From Ptychomitrium polyphyllum (Eukaryota): a stretch of DNA of 64,000 nucleotides. The first letter of the stretch is position 1. Every line of letters starts with the position of its first letter. Made by a program: the position numbers and the translations under genes. Shown here one piece after another: positions 1-10,667 of this stretch. The stretch spans positions 17,112,001-17,176,000 of the forward strand of contig OZ316775.1 in NCBI GenBank assembly GCA_973851085.1, read 5' to 3'. The notes under the pieces are model-generated. The model was not told where the DNA came from. It did not search any database and worked only from the letters and a program-made list of their open reading frames with translations.

Positions 1-569
1 TCCCAAAAGAAAGACATCTTCTAATGTTTGACATTTATGATATATTTATATATATACAAAAAGAAGCACATGTATGTGTGGCAAGTACTTACTTTAGTGC
101 AAAACATGTAATACCACAATAATTTGTATAAAAATAAATTGAAGACATTGAAACAATATTAAAGTAAAACATATCATTCTTATACCTACGGTAAGTGGAT
201 GTACGTGGATCTTCTGAAGATCTTCTTTGAAATTAGATTATAAGGATAAGTAGTACATTATTAATGCTTTATATGCTTCATGGACACTTCTTATTTGCTT
301 AAATATTTACAAAAACTTTCTATTAGCACAATGTACTATGAACAATATTTAATAAATATTGTTCATAGTTCATGTACAAAAGTTTTTTCTAGAGAAATTG
401 CAAAAATAGGTGCAAAAAACAGTATCAGGTATCGAGAATTCTGTATAAGATGGAGTACGACAGAGACGCATGTGTAATTTGTCTTCTACATTCTGAATCG
501 AAATAATCTTTGTACATACACATTTTCTGTGTCTGTTCAATTTGTAGGCACAAGGTGCCATGTCCATTC

Positions 570-1153
570 TCAGAGCTGGCCGTCTTGTTTTCGAACGGAT
601 AATCTGGCACGTTTCTTGACCTTCTTAATCTCCTTCAGGATTTTGCCTTCTCTGGCGTTACCAGTAACAGTCACCTTCTGGTTATGGTAGTCAACAATGA
701 CTTCATCAACCCCTATAGATGCAAAACCAATGAGCCGGAGAAGCAGATTTATTGAAGAACAAAGATTTGATACTTCAATCCATCAGAAAGGTTACTAGAA
801 AAGTATTCCTCCGAATGCTGACCTGGGATATTGAAGAGACGGTTCTTGATTTTAGCTTCGCAATCTGTGGTGCAGCACTGCAGCACACTGATCTCAACGA
901 CCTCCACAAAAGCACGGGATCGCCCCAAAGGTAAGTTATTTTTAAAATCGTGGACCAAGACGACGAATTTCAAGAAAAAATGGCTTTGTTATTACTGAGT
1001 GAAACAGAGAGTAGCTATAGCGTTTGAAGTCCTTGTCGGAGGTAAACCAGCCACTTAGAAACTTCGAAGAGATTCGAGACTTACAGGGACCATGTAGCGA
1101 TTGAAAGGATAATGAAGCTCGTCCACTCTTCGCGTTATCCAAGTAGGCTCCAT
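570..1153 (-). CDS. Small heavy-metal-associated (HMA) domain protein, about 96 aa, non-prenylated. Exons 1085-1153, 823-901, 570-712
   Basis: Manual splicing at GT-AG sites gives MEPTW...YMVP|VVEISVLQCCTTDCEAKIKNRLFNIPG|VDEVIVDYHNQKVTVTGNAREGKILKEIKKVKKRARL...GQL*, an HMA signature. The exon is open back to its acceptor at 1168, so a further upstream exon (near 1493-1598) is possible. Confidence 0.8.
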
Positions 1154-2556
1154 GTTGCCATAAAAGAACTGCACGAAGTGGAGAGAACGAATCACAAATG
1201 CCACCCAAAGCTCAAGCAACGTCGTTTAAAAATTTTCGAATGGTAGATGAATTTACAAACCTGTTTTGAAACCTGAAATGGATCAAACTCATGAACAAGA
1301 CTCTTGCAATATCTCCGACCAGGCAGATGGAATGAATTCTAGGTCATGATTGTGTTACCTCGTTGCATGATTTCACAGAAAACATGGTGAAAATAAATGC
1401 TTGCTCGGCAGCCAATCCTAAGTAGAACGATGTATGAAGTTGAACACAGAAGGAGATGTCACTGAACTACAGAATTGTAACTCAAAATGTACCTGTAAAT
1501 GCAGGTAGAGACGCATTATAAACCTGGATGAAATCTGGATATTCCTGAAGCATAGGTGGAGGAGCATTGTCGGAGAATAAGCGGCCTGAGTTCGACATGT
1601 CAGGAATTTGTGGGAATTAGAAGGATCTAGTCCAAGAGTTCATCTCACTCTGCGCCAGGTGCGATTTAGGCCTTATCAATGCACTCAACATACTGAAATT
1701 CATCTGGTGAAGTTTTATCAAATGTGAGAGCCGCAAGGACTCTCCTATCAGGTTGAATACTACTCTTCTGTTTTACAAATCTTGCTTGGTGCTTGGAGAT
1801 TCGTAACTGCTAGGTGTGGGTCAAGATTAACAATAAGTTGGTAAAGATTCTTGGGCATGGCTTCCACGGACTTCCATATATGAGCCCATGGTCCAAGCTT
1901 CCAGCTTCCGTCCTCCCTCAAGTCTGGAACTCAAGTGGTGTGTAAGTGAAACAACTGGGTACCTATACTGTAGCTTTGGTCCATTCGCCATACAATATTC
2001 GGATCTTTGCCATATAATCCGTGTTCAAACTTCTGCCTGTTTGCACTCTGGCAACCATTAGGTACGGCTTGCAACTTCAACGCGTCCCAAGTGCTTGATT
2101 CTTAAACATGGATAGAAACTGATGACACAACCTTCGCACATTGAAGGCTCCTGTTGGTTGAGGAAATCTATCAAAAAACACTTTGAACCAAGGTTGGATT
2201 GTAACCGAGATTCATACGATATTCAAGTGATGCGAACAGCATCGGATCAAGAACAAACACTAGGCGTTTGGCAAGCAAGATAGGCAACAGAAATGTTCTG
2301 CTTACTTGCTTCAGCGACTCTATACTGTACTAGATCAGAAAAAAGAATACAATTTGAACATGCTATTGGCTCTCGGGTTTTGTGCCAGGACAAACCCCTG
2401 CCTTGATAGGTTCCTTCGTCACTGATCTTTCGGAAGGGTTGTCTTGGGGTTTATTTTTCAGTAATGGATTTCTCTATTTGTTTAAAAAAAGAAATCCTGC
2501 CGTGCTTTGGTAAAATCTGTGATTTACAAAAATGGACATTATTTACTCAACATAAT

Positions 2557-3879
2557 CTAAAGTACACCGTACTTCTCAAGATTTCTCCATTTGTCCTTCA
2601 TATCAACTTCCGTGCGACCATGAAATACATTTTTGTTCTTGTTAAGAATAGTCTTCCAGTTTCCTTTCCCATACCTATAAACTTCCCTCTTCAAAATTTG
2701 AACTTCCTCATCAGACCACTTCTTCCGCGCCCGTCTCTGCTTCGAGACTAATCCAGTTGCAAACGAAGAGTCACCTGTCATTGGCTTGCGAGAACGCAAC
2801 GTAGTTCGCTCAGGACTGTGAAGGGGCGGCAGGTGAAGATGTCGTGATGCAGACGGAGAGCAGCGGAACTGACACTCTTGTATCTCATCATCATCCCAGC
2901 CCTGTGCTTGTGCTGATGGGTGAGGTTCGAGGAGACTGCGTTTCACAGAGGGCTCGGCAGTCTGTGTTTTCTTACTCGGAGTAGTCTCTGGAACTTCTGG
3001 AGTGCCATCTGGTTTTTTCAGAAGCACAGGCAGTGGATCCTTCACCACCTTCTTCAGCTCCGCACAGCTTCCTGCCAAAGCTCTCCGTGCTTTCTCCAAC
3101 TCTCTATTCTTCCCGCTGACATTCTCTAGCAGTTCCACACAGAACTCGTCTAACACTCGTTTCGCACTCTCAGACAAGTTTTCATTTCTAGCATAGGCTG
3201 CACTGTCGCCCGCTGTACCAGCCATAGTTTGACCTGAAGCAAGTGCCAAAAGTAATGACACTCCTTGAGGCTTATATTTCCCACTAATGACGGCTGCTTC
3301 AGCTTTCTCCAGAAACAATGGGCCAAACAAAGCCCAAGCATTCTTTATCAATGCTGACAATTTATCTTCGATAGCCTTTACCTTAGCATTCTGTGCATCT
3401 ACTTCCTCACAGGCTGAACAACTAATCAACTTCCGCAGCTCCTCTTTCAGCTCCTGAATAGGCTGCTGGAGTCCTGTCCATACAGACTCTTCCCCTGCGC
3501 CGTGTCTCGGCTCACATGACGTTTTCTCCTCCAGGCCTCGGACTTTGACACTCCCTTTCGATGCTTCATAACTTGTTATCTTCAACCGTTTTGACAACAC
3601 CAAAGCCTCTGAATCTACTCCAGCTTCATCCGCAAGTTCTTCCCTAAATGCATGATCGAGCATTTCAAGAATATTCAGGATATTCTGAAGATCTAGATCT
3701 TTCGAAACCTGATCAGAGAGCTCACGAACCAGTGTCATCTGTTTCAAGCGCGGCACATCATTGGGAAAAGCTAGCGACCCCGTTAACTCCTTTACAATAT
3801 TCACACCGGACGTGTATTTCAACACGTACTCCCAAATCCAAACCCGACTGAGCATCTCCCTCGAATAGTCCTCCATCAT
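2557..3879 (-). CDS. TRF-like telomere-repeat-binding protein with C-terminal Myb/telobox domain and no Myb-extension; intronless CDS of about 440 aa
   Basis: C-terminus KKWSDEEVQILKREVYRYGKGNWKTIL...RTEVDMKDKWRNL carries the telobox motif. The ORF track starts at GTG 3927; the first ATG is at 3879. An acceptor-like site at 3930 suggests a 5' leader intron. Confidence 0.88.
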   Translation of the reverse strand: MMEDYSREMLSRVWIWEYVLKYTSGVNIVKELTGSLAFPNDVPRLKQMTLVRELSDQVSKDLDLQNILNILEMLDHAFREELADEAGVDSEALVLSKRLKITSYEASKGSVKVRGLEEKTSCEPRHGAGEESVWTGLQQPIQELKEELRKLISCSACEEVDAQNAKVKAIEDKLSALIKNAWALFGPLFLEKAEAAVISGKYKPQGVSLLLALASGQTMAGTAGDSAAYARNENLSESAKRVLDEFCVELLENVSGKNRELEKARRALAGSCAELKKVVKDPLPVLLKKPDGTPEVPETTPSKKTQTAEPSVKRSLLEPHPSAQAQGWDDDEIQECQFRCSPSASRHLHLPPLHSPERTTLRSRKPMTGDSSFATGLVSKQRRARKKWSDEEVQILKREVYRYGKGNWKTILNKNKNVFHGRTEVDMKDKWRNLEKYGVL

Positions 3880-4167
3880 CAAATTTCGACCCCCTGGGGA
3901 CACATCCGGGCTTCTCTCCCTCACCACTCCTGCGAATCAGTCGCTTCACAAAGACGCCTCCGAAAAAAAAGAAGAGTCTCGAAGATTGACAGTGTCACAA
4001 ACTCTCATCGCTCGTCGTTGTAAGCGTGAACCCCACCACCTGGTACTGGTGAAACTGATCAAAACGCAACAAACACTCAAACGATCAAAACCTGCAATCG
4101 CAGCAAACCGCACCCTCTACATTGCTGCCTTCCCTCCAAATCCCCCACAACGGGGCCCTCCGTATCG

Positions 4168-4334
4168 AACCCTAATCTGCTCAATGCCAACAAGACCTTG
4201 CCACCTCACAGCCTCGTCACGCCATCCAACATCCACATACCAAAACCGAACACCAAATTGCTCCATTCCGGCGCTCGCATGCAACACCGCAACCCACAAA
4301 CCCCAACCCTACACCAAACCCTACCAAACCCTAA
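4168..4334. promoter_or_regulatory. Telo-box cluster upstream of the TRF-like gene: AAACCCTA 4316-4323, AAACCCTAA 4326-4334, AACCCTAA 4168-4175
   Basis: Motifs read directly, next to a GC-rich promoter-like island at about 4340-4810. Confidence 0.65.
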
Positions 4335-6310
4335 TTGACTGGCTTCTGGCAGAGCGAGAATGTGTTTCGGCGGAAAGAGCACGCAAGGGAGGATGGCAGA
4401 CCCGGAAGATCATGGCGGCAGTGGCGGAGCAAGCGGGAGCCCCGGAAGGGCGGCAGCGACGGCGAGGCAGCGACGGGCGTGCGAGTGGCGACCCAGGCCG
4501 CAGTGCGCGCGTGAAAGAGAGCTGCCATGGCGCAACGCTCGCCACTTTCAAGCAGCCGCTGGCTTCGCCCGTTTAGGGCATGGCCCGCTGCGGTGCCCTC
4601 TTCACACCGCGCGGGGGGTGCGTTCGCACCCTGTTCCGGCTCCCTTCTGGCAGCTGTTGCCACGGCCTGTAGCCGGTGACCCCCCCGAGCATGGGCATGG
4701 GCATGGGGCCCAGCCTCGGACCCGTCCGTGCCTCGTATTCGGTTCGCGTGGGAGTGCCAGTCCATGCCGTCCAGTGCTCACACTGCCAGTTTCACTGGCA
4801 ACCCATCCAGGCCTACGGATAGGTGAACTATTTTTGGTAATTTATGTTCAGTGTGATGGTCACCTTAAATAGTGAGTACACACAAACATAATTATTATCA
4901 ATAAAATAATATTAATTAAAAAATGTTTTGGATGAAGATGTTCTTTTGGAATTTTAGGATAGTATATGATGATTTTTTAGGTTTTGTTTGATAATGTTTT
5001 AAAACCGTAATTAAATGCCCATGAAATGGAGCACATGGAAAGTGATTCATAGGATTGATATAAAAGCTTTAAGAATAGATGAATTCAAGTGGTGTTGGAG
5101 TTTTATTTGTTGGTTTTGGAAATCATTAATGGTCGATTGTAAAATAAGTAGAAGTCACATTTCTTTTAATGGTCACAAATTTTTATACATCTACCTTATG
5201 ATATTGACTTAAGATGAGTTCAACCATTTTGAGTTTGTTAATAAAATTGAGGCACCTTACATTCTTAAACTCATAGTAGAAATGATTGATATCAAGAGTA
5301 AAGTATGTAATTAAAAAAAACTCAATTATAGATTATGTAGTCATCTTGTGTATGAAACCACATGGGGCTTTATTTATATGCTATACAAAAACCTTACTCA
5401 CGTAATACTTGTACATTATCAATTTTTGAAAAAAAATTAAATTTATTATTTGGAATATTTTGTAAGAAGAATCTATCAAAATAGATCAAAAGAATGTAAT
5501 CAAATGATATTGATCTTAATATGAATAATGAATACAAATCGAAAATAGAGCAAAGCTTATTTCTTTTAGATTAAAATGAACATTAAATGAATCTATTTTT
5601 ATGTAAGAATTAATTGCTCAAGTTAGTATTTAATGACTTCATCAAATACTACATTCTTCATTAAACGTCAATACATTGTTCATTAGTATTTAGTGACGTT
5701 GTTATATTAGAACTTCATTCTAATGTCTTTTGACAAGAATATTTGTAATTATATGAAGGAAATTTTAATTATATTTTATGTATTATCAAAAATTAATTGC
5801 AATAGCACTTTGAGTTTGATTTTGAGATTAAAAAATAAAAGTATATTGTATGCAAAATATATTATCCATTAACTTTTTTAACATTGGAATTTTGTTTTAT
5901 TTTTTATCAATTTAAAAATCTAAATCCAAACTTTAGTTGATTTTCAATTGTTGCACAAAGTATGAAAAAAGCCTTATAATTCTAAATTGTCCATCCCTCT
6001 TGTCTGCCTATTTGCTTGCACTTATAATTGGCTTTTATATTTATATCATTATTTTTACTTTTATTTCTTATTTTTTACTTTTTTTGCTTTTATATTTTTG
6101 ATTTTTGACTATTGATTGTTGACTGTTTACTATTAGCTTTTTATTCTTTATCTTTCTTTTAAAAAACTTTAAATATAATTTTATTTTTTTAATATTTATG
6201 TTTAGTTTTTACCTTTTATTGGTTATTGTTTGTTGTTTTACCTTTTAATTTAATTTTTTTTATTTTTATTGTTTATTGTTTATTTATATAATTATACAAA
6301 AACCTGCATA

Positions 6311-6516
6311 AAATGCCATTACATCAAAGATGTGGGATGTAATTATGATGTGAGTAGTGAACGATGAATAGTGAGCAGTGAGCCATGAGATGTGTAGAGT
6401 GAGCCATGAAATGAAATGCCATTACATCAAAGATGTGGGATGTAATTATGATGTGAGCAGTGAACGATGAATAGTGAGCAGTGAGCCATGAGATGTGTAG
6501 AGTGAGCCATGAAATG
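6311..6516. repeat. 103-bp tandem duplication (2 copies) with internal GTGAGC/GTGAAC sub-repeats
   Basis: The unit AAATGCCATTACATCAAAGATGTGGG... starts at 6311 and again at 6414, nearly identical. Confidence 0.9.
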
Positions 6517-8762
6517 TGAGCATTCAGCAATGAGCAGTGGAATGCAAGTTTATAATGGTAATACTTTAAAAATGACCACGTTTTCCAAATTTTGCAAGCA
6601 TAATTTAAAGAATATGGATAAATTAGTGAGAAATATGTCATGAAAAGAAAAAATGAGAACAGCAAAAGAAAAAGACCTAAAACCATGGACACATCTTCAT
6701 TGTAGAAAAAGTTATTGGCAAGGCAATTATAAATTGGAGCCCATGCCTGTGAAAGGCATTTAAACCTTACATTTGATTGCAGAAAAAAAAACATTAAAAG
6801 GAAGAAGGCAATAGAAAGACTTTTAGAATACCATAATATCAAGTTCCTTATCTTGCACAATATTGTAAAGTTCAAGCATTTTGTATCACATTAAAAAAGC
6901 TGAAAGTGGGGCTATGCACAAAATAATAGATGGTATACTTTAATTTGCTAAAATTATTGAAGACCTAAATGAAGTGCTTACATGGAATCCACTTGCTAGA
7001 CCTTCTTAGGGCTGCCATTCTATCTTCTTAAATTCAAGGCAAGTAGAAGTTGGACAAGCGGAAAGTGTAATAAGGTAAATTTGTATAAAGTTGAAAATAA
7101 GAGTGATAATGGTGTTAGGGGCACAAGAAACACAAATTGAAAACAAAGTGATTTCTAAGAATTACGTCAAATGAGCTAATGATTAATATGAAAAGTTACA
7201 AAGAACAAAGCAAGGTAGCATACATTTTAATCCACAACTTGTATTGGCAAGACTATTTTTATACCTTGTTTTGCCTCCTATTGAAACTATAACGCTTATA
7301 TCTCTTATTGTCACGGACATACATATTAGAAGCATCTAGAAAGGTTCTTAGAAGGTTTAAAAAGCTTTTAAGGAAGTTACTTCGGCTTAGGAAGCTTCCA
7401 AAGAAGCAATTCAAGGTTGCTTGAGTACAAAACAATGTAGGAAAAGCTTCCTAAGAAGCTTCCAAGACTTGTTGTTCAAGTATTTATTGAAATTGAAGCT
7501 AAAGGGCTTTTCAGTTTCAACAACGCATCTCTTGTGGTTTAGCTCAAACCTTCTAGCCTTGTCTTTCTACCTTTCTATAGTTCTTTACCTCTAATATACC
7601 TTGGACATATCTTGTTCCACATCCAAGAATTTTGAAGCCTCGTCTTATGAATTACTTTGTCTGTAATAATTTGTCAAAATTGTCATATAACAATATCAGA
7701 GCTCGGTCTTTCTTGATAGAAAGCAAATCACCCCTCTTTCTTGAAAGCACTATAATATTCTAGAGGTTGCAAATTACCGTGTTCCCTATTGATATTGCCT
7801 CTTAAATTTTCTTTGGTTTCTTGTGTACTTAGTAGGTTTTTATTTGTTTTCATTTTAATTTTATGCTAGGAGGTGAAGAAGTCAATATGATTGATTCAAA
7901 AGAAACAAAGTTAAATTCTATTATCAATGTCTTTGAAGCATTAAGATTCAAGACCAAGATTTTATCCAAGCAAAACAAAGAACTATACTTGACTATATAT
8001 AATGGTCAAAGACAAGAAGCACCGCAATTGCTATTCCAAATAAACCTAAGTGCTTCATCATCTAAACCTCATTTAGTAGAAGACGGATAAGTTCAAGCCA
8101 AAAATTCAATGTCAACAGCCAAAGAACCAAGAATGAGCCTTTTGGAGAAGTTTGATGGTACACATTCAAAATATTGGGGCTTTGTAAATGAAGTTCAACT
8201 TGTTACCTTATTTCAACCATGACAATATCGTACGGACGCTTTGCGCGTTAGATTGGTACAAACGTTGGCCTTAAGATAAGCATTGTTTTCATTTTTGCCA
8301 CTCTTTGAGAAGAGTTCCTCCATACTTAGCAACTTTGATGCATTCTTAGCCGCGTTTGCAGAAGCATTTGGTAATTATGACAAGCTCCATTTTGCAACTA
8401 CTAAGATTTGTGCCTTGCGCCACGAGCCACATTCTATGTCAATTTATACATCGGAATTTTGACAACTTGCATGGGACATTAATTGGGGAAAAGTAACGCT
8501 GATGAGTCAATTTCATTAAGGCATACGCAACGAGGTTAAGGAATTATTGCTATTCATGCAAAACTTCTAAATACTTGATGAGGCCATCAATTAAGCTTTG
8601 AAGTGCAATAATTGTCTATTTCAACGTGAACAATATAAATAGACTTTGATTACGCCTTGGCTATATACAAAATTTTCAATAGTTTTGGCCCCGTCTACCT
8701 TTAATAAGTATTTGGAAGCGGAAGCCATGCAAGTTGATGCAGTTTGCTTCAAGCTCCTTATT

Positions 8763-9909
8763 TGTCGCATACCTCTCCTTGAGGAGTGCCCGCAATATTA
8801 AAGGCACAAGGGGGACCCCGGAGTGACGTCCGGGACTTGTGAAGCCGATAGTGAGGGGAACCGAGTGAACCTAGCGTGGGAAGGGCTCCTAAGGGGGAGA
8901 AACATCCTTGCCCATGTAGATCGAGGGCCACGCGGGATACATCGTAGGCATTGGAGGAATCACAAAGAGCTGATTTTAGAATGCTAAAGATTGCTCAAAT
9001 CGGACAAGGGAGCTAAAAGTTATGGCATCCCAAAGTTGGGGTTGCCAAGGGGCTGTTCTGGACTGTGGCAGCCCTACACAGTGACTGTACTAGAGTGGGA
9101 CAATCTAGGGAGGGACTCCCCGGGAGTCCCAAACCTTGGAAGGGGCGTATTTTCCACAATACTAACTCAAATTGGACGTTTGAGGAGTCTATCGGCATTT
9201 ACGCAAAGAGTAGATGACAATAGAGTGGTTTTTTAATACATTTGGACACCGGATGAGGAACATATGGCTCCCTGAAGGTCCGTTGGGAGTCCCGGAGGCT
9301 TTCAGCGACTAAGTTCCAAGGGGGATCAGGTGGTCTTTCAAAACTTTAGGTGTGTCGGGGTTCAGCCAACTACAGAGGGCCAGGGGGCCTGCCAAATTCC
9401 ACAGAGAGTACTATAAGGGAGGACTGGTCCCCCTCCCTACTCCCCTAGTGTCCCGGTACGAACCAAAGGTGAGTCTCGGTTGGTGGAGCTAGTGTTGGGG
9501 CTTCACCACAGGGACTCCCTCACCATTGTGAGCCGCTGGACGGCCGGTTTCACGGAGGGAACTAGCACGTTCAAAAGGATACGCTTGTTACCACTAAGTT
9601 GGGGTAGTGTCTTCACGCCGGCGCCATGATGGCCAGGGGTGATCTTTGGATCACATGGGCATTATGAGTGGTGGTGAGGAGACACCACTAAGTGCGGTTA
9701 GGCCGTGTAGAATGGGAGTAACACCAAGTGAGGCCTTAGATATGAATGGAAGTCCGCACTTAACCATTGGCTACTAATAAATTGGGTGTCCTAAAAGAAA
9801 TGGTAGAAAGACTTGGAAAGTGAGAATGGGGGGTTAATCATGTGCATGTGAGGGCATACATGGTTGATGCACGTGACGCTTGCTAAGGTGCATTATTAGG
9901 GTTGCGACA
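8763..9909 (+). mobile_element. Solo LTR of family B (about 1.15 kb) inserted in the gag of element A; strand is relative orientation only
   Basis: Termini TGTCGCA...TGCGACA; TSD TTATT/TTATC; same sequence as the copies at 17655, 58331 and 63403. Confidence 0.92.
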
Positions 9910-10083
9910 TTATCAAACTTGAGAAGAAGCAATGAAGGAAGCAAGGGTTGTGTTTGTTCTATAGAAAACTTGGGCACAAGGTTAATAACTGTGTAGAAAA
10001 ACCTTTATGTACATATTGGATGAGAGGTATAATCACAATGCCAAATACTTCACAAGAAAACAATGATGTCCAATCCTAATAGA

Positions 10084-10667
10084 TATTAAGGACACAAGAA
10101 ACAAGAAATAGGAACAAAGTGTTTCCTGAGAATTAGCTTCCAAAGAGCTAACGATTAACAAGAACTTGATACAAAGACTAGAACAAGGTAGGATTCAAGA
10201 TGATCCACAACTTGAGTTGGCAAGACTAAGGAATACCTTGTCTTGCCTCCTATTTATACTATGACGTTTGTATCTCTTAGGATACTTCTAAAGAAGCTTC
10301 TTACAAGGCTTAAGAATGTTCTGGAAGTCTAGAGAACCTTCCCAAGAAGTTTCCTAAAATGATGGAACCTTCCTTGGAAGTTTCCTAAGGTAGCGGAACC
10401 TTCTTAGGAAATTTTATAAAATGATGGAACCTTCCTAGGAAGTTTTCTAAGGTGATGGAATCTTTGTAGGAAGTTTCTTAGGAAGTTACCTAAGATGATA
10501 GAATCTTCCTAAGAAGTTTCCCAAGGTGGAAGAACTTTCCTAGGAAGCTTCCTAAGAACATGGAAAGGCTATGGAGACATCTAAAAGTATTTTAAGAAGC
10601 TATTAAAGTATACTCGAAGGTTCTAGAATGTTCTAAGGGATATGTTGCATGATCTATGTCCGTAACT
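10084..10667 (-). mobile_element. Solo LTR of the element D family inserted at the gag/pol junction of element A
   Basis: Colinear with LTR 23239-23684 (ACAAGAAACAAGAAATAG ... GATCTATGTCC) with internal GGAACCTTCCTAGGAAGTTT-like repeats; degenerate TSD ATAGA/GTAGG. Confidence 0.85.

Noticed and set aside
3986..4872. Overlapping 144-196 aa ORFs on both strands
   Set aside because: GC-rich promoter/leader of the TRF-like gene; low-complexity translations with no recognisable domain.
6324..6875. 183-aa hydrophobic, His-rich ORF
   Set aside because: Produced by the 103-bp tandem repeat and AT-rich sequence.
7694..7702. TATCAGAGC as a tRNA-Met PBS for element A
   Set aside because: It lies about 25 nt from the LTR end and lacks TGG; the self-priming site sits at the expected 2-nt offset. 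Not fully excluded.
8991..9236. Recurrent short ORFs (also 18326-18571, 59060-59266, 63692-63874) as a small gene family
   Set aside because: They recur only because they lie inside family B LTR copies; starts and stops are not conserved.
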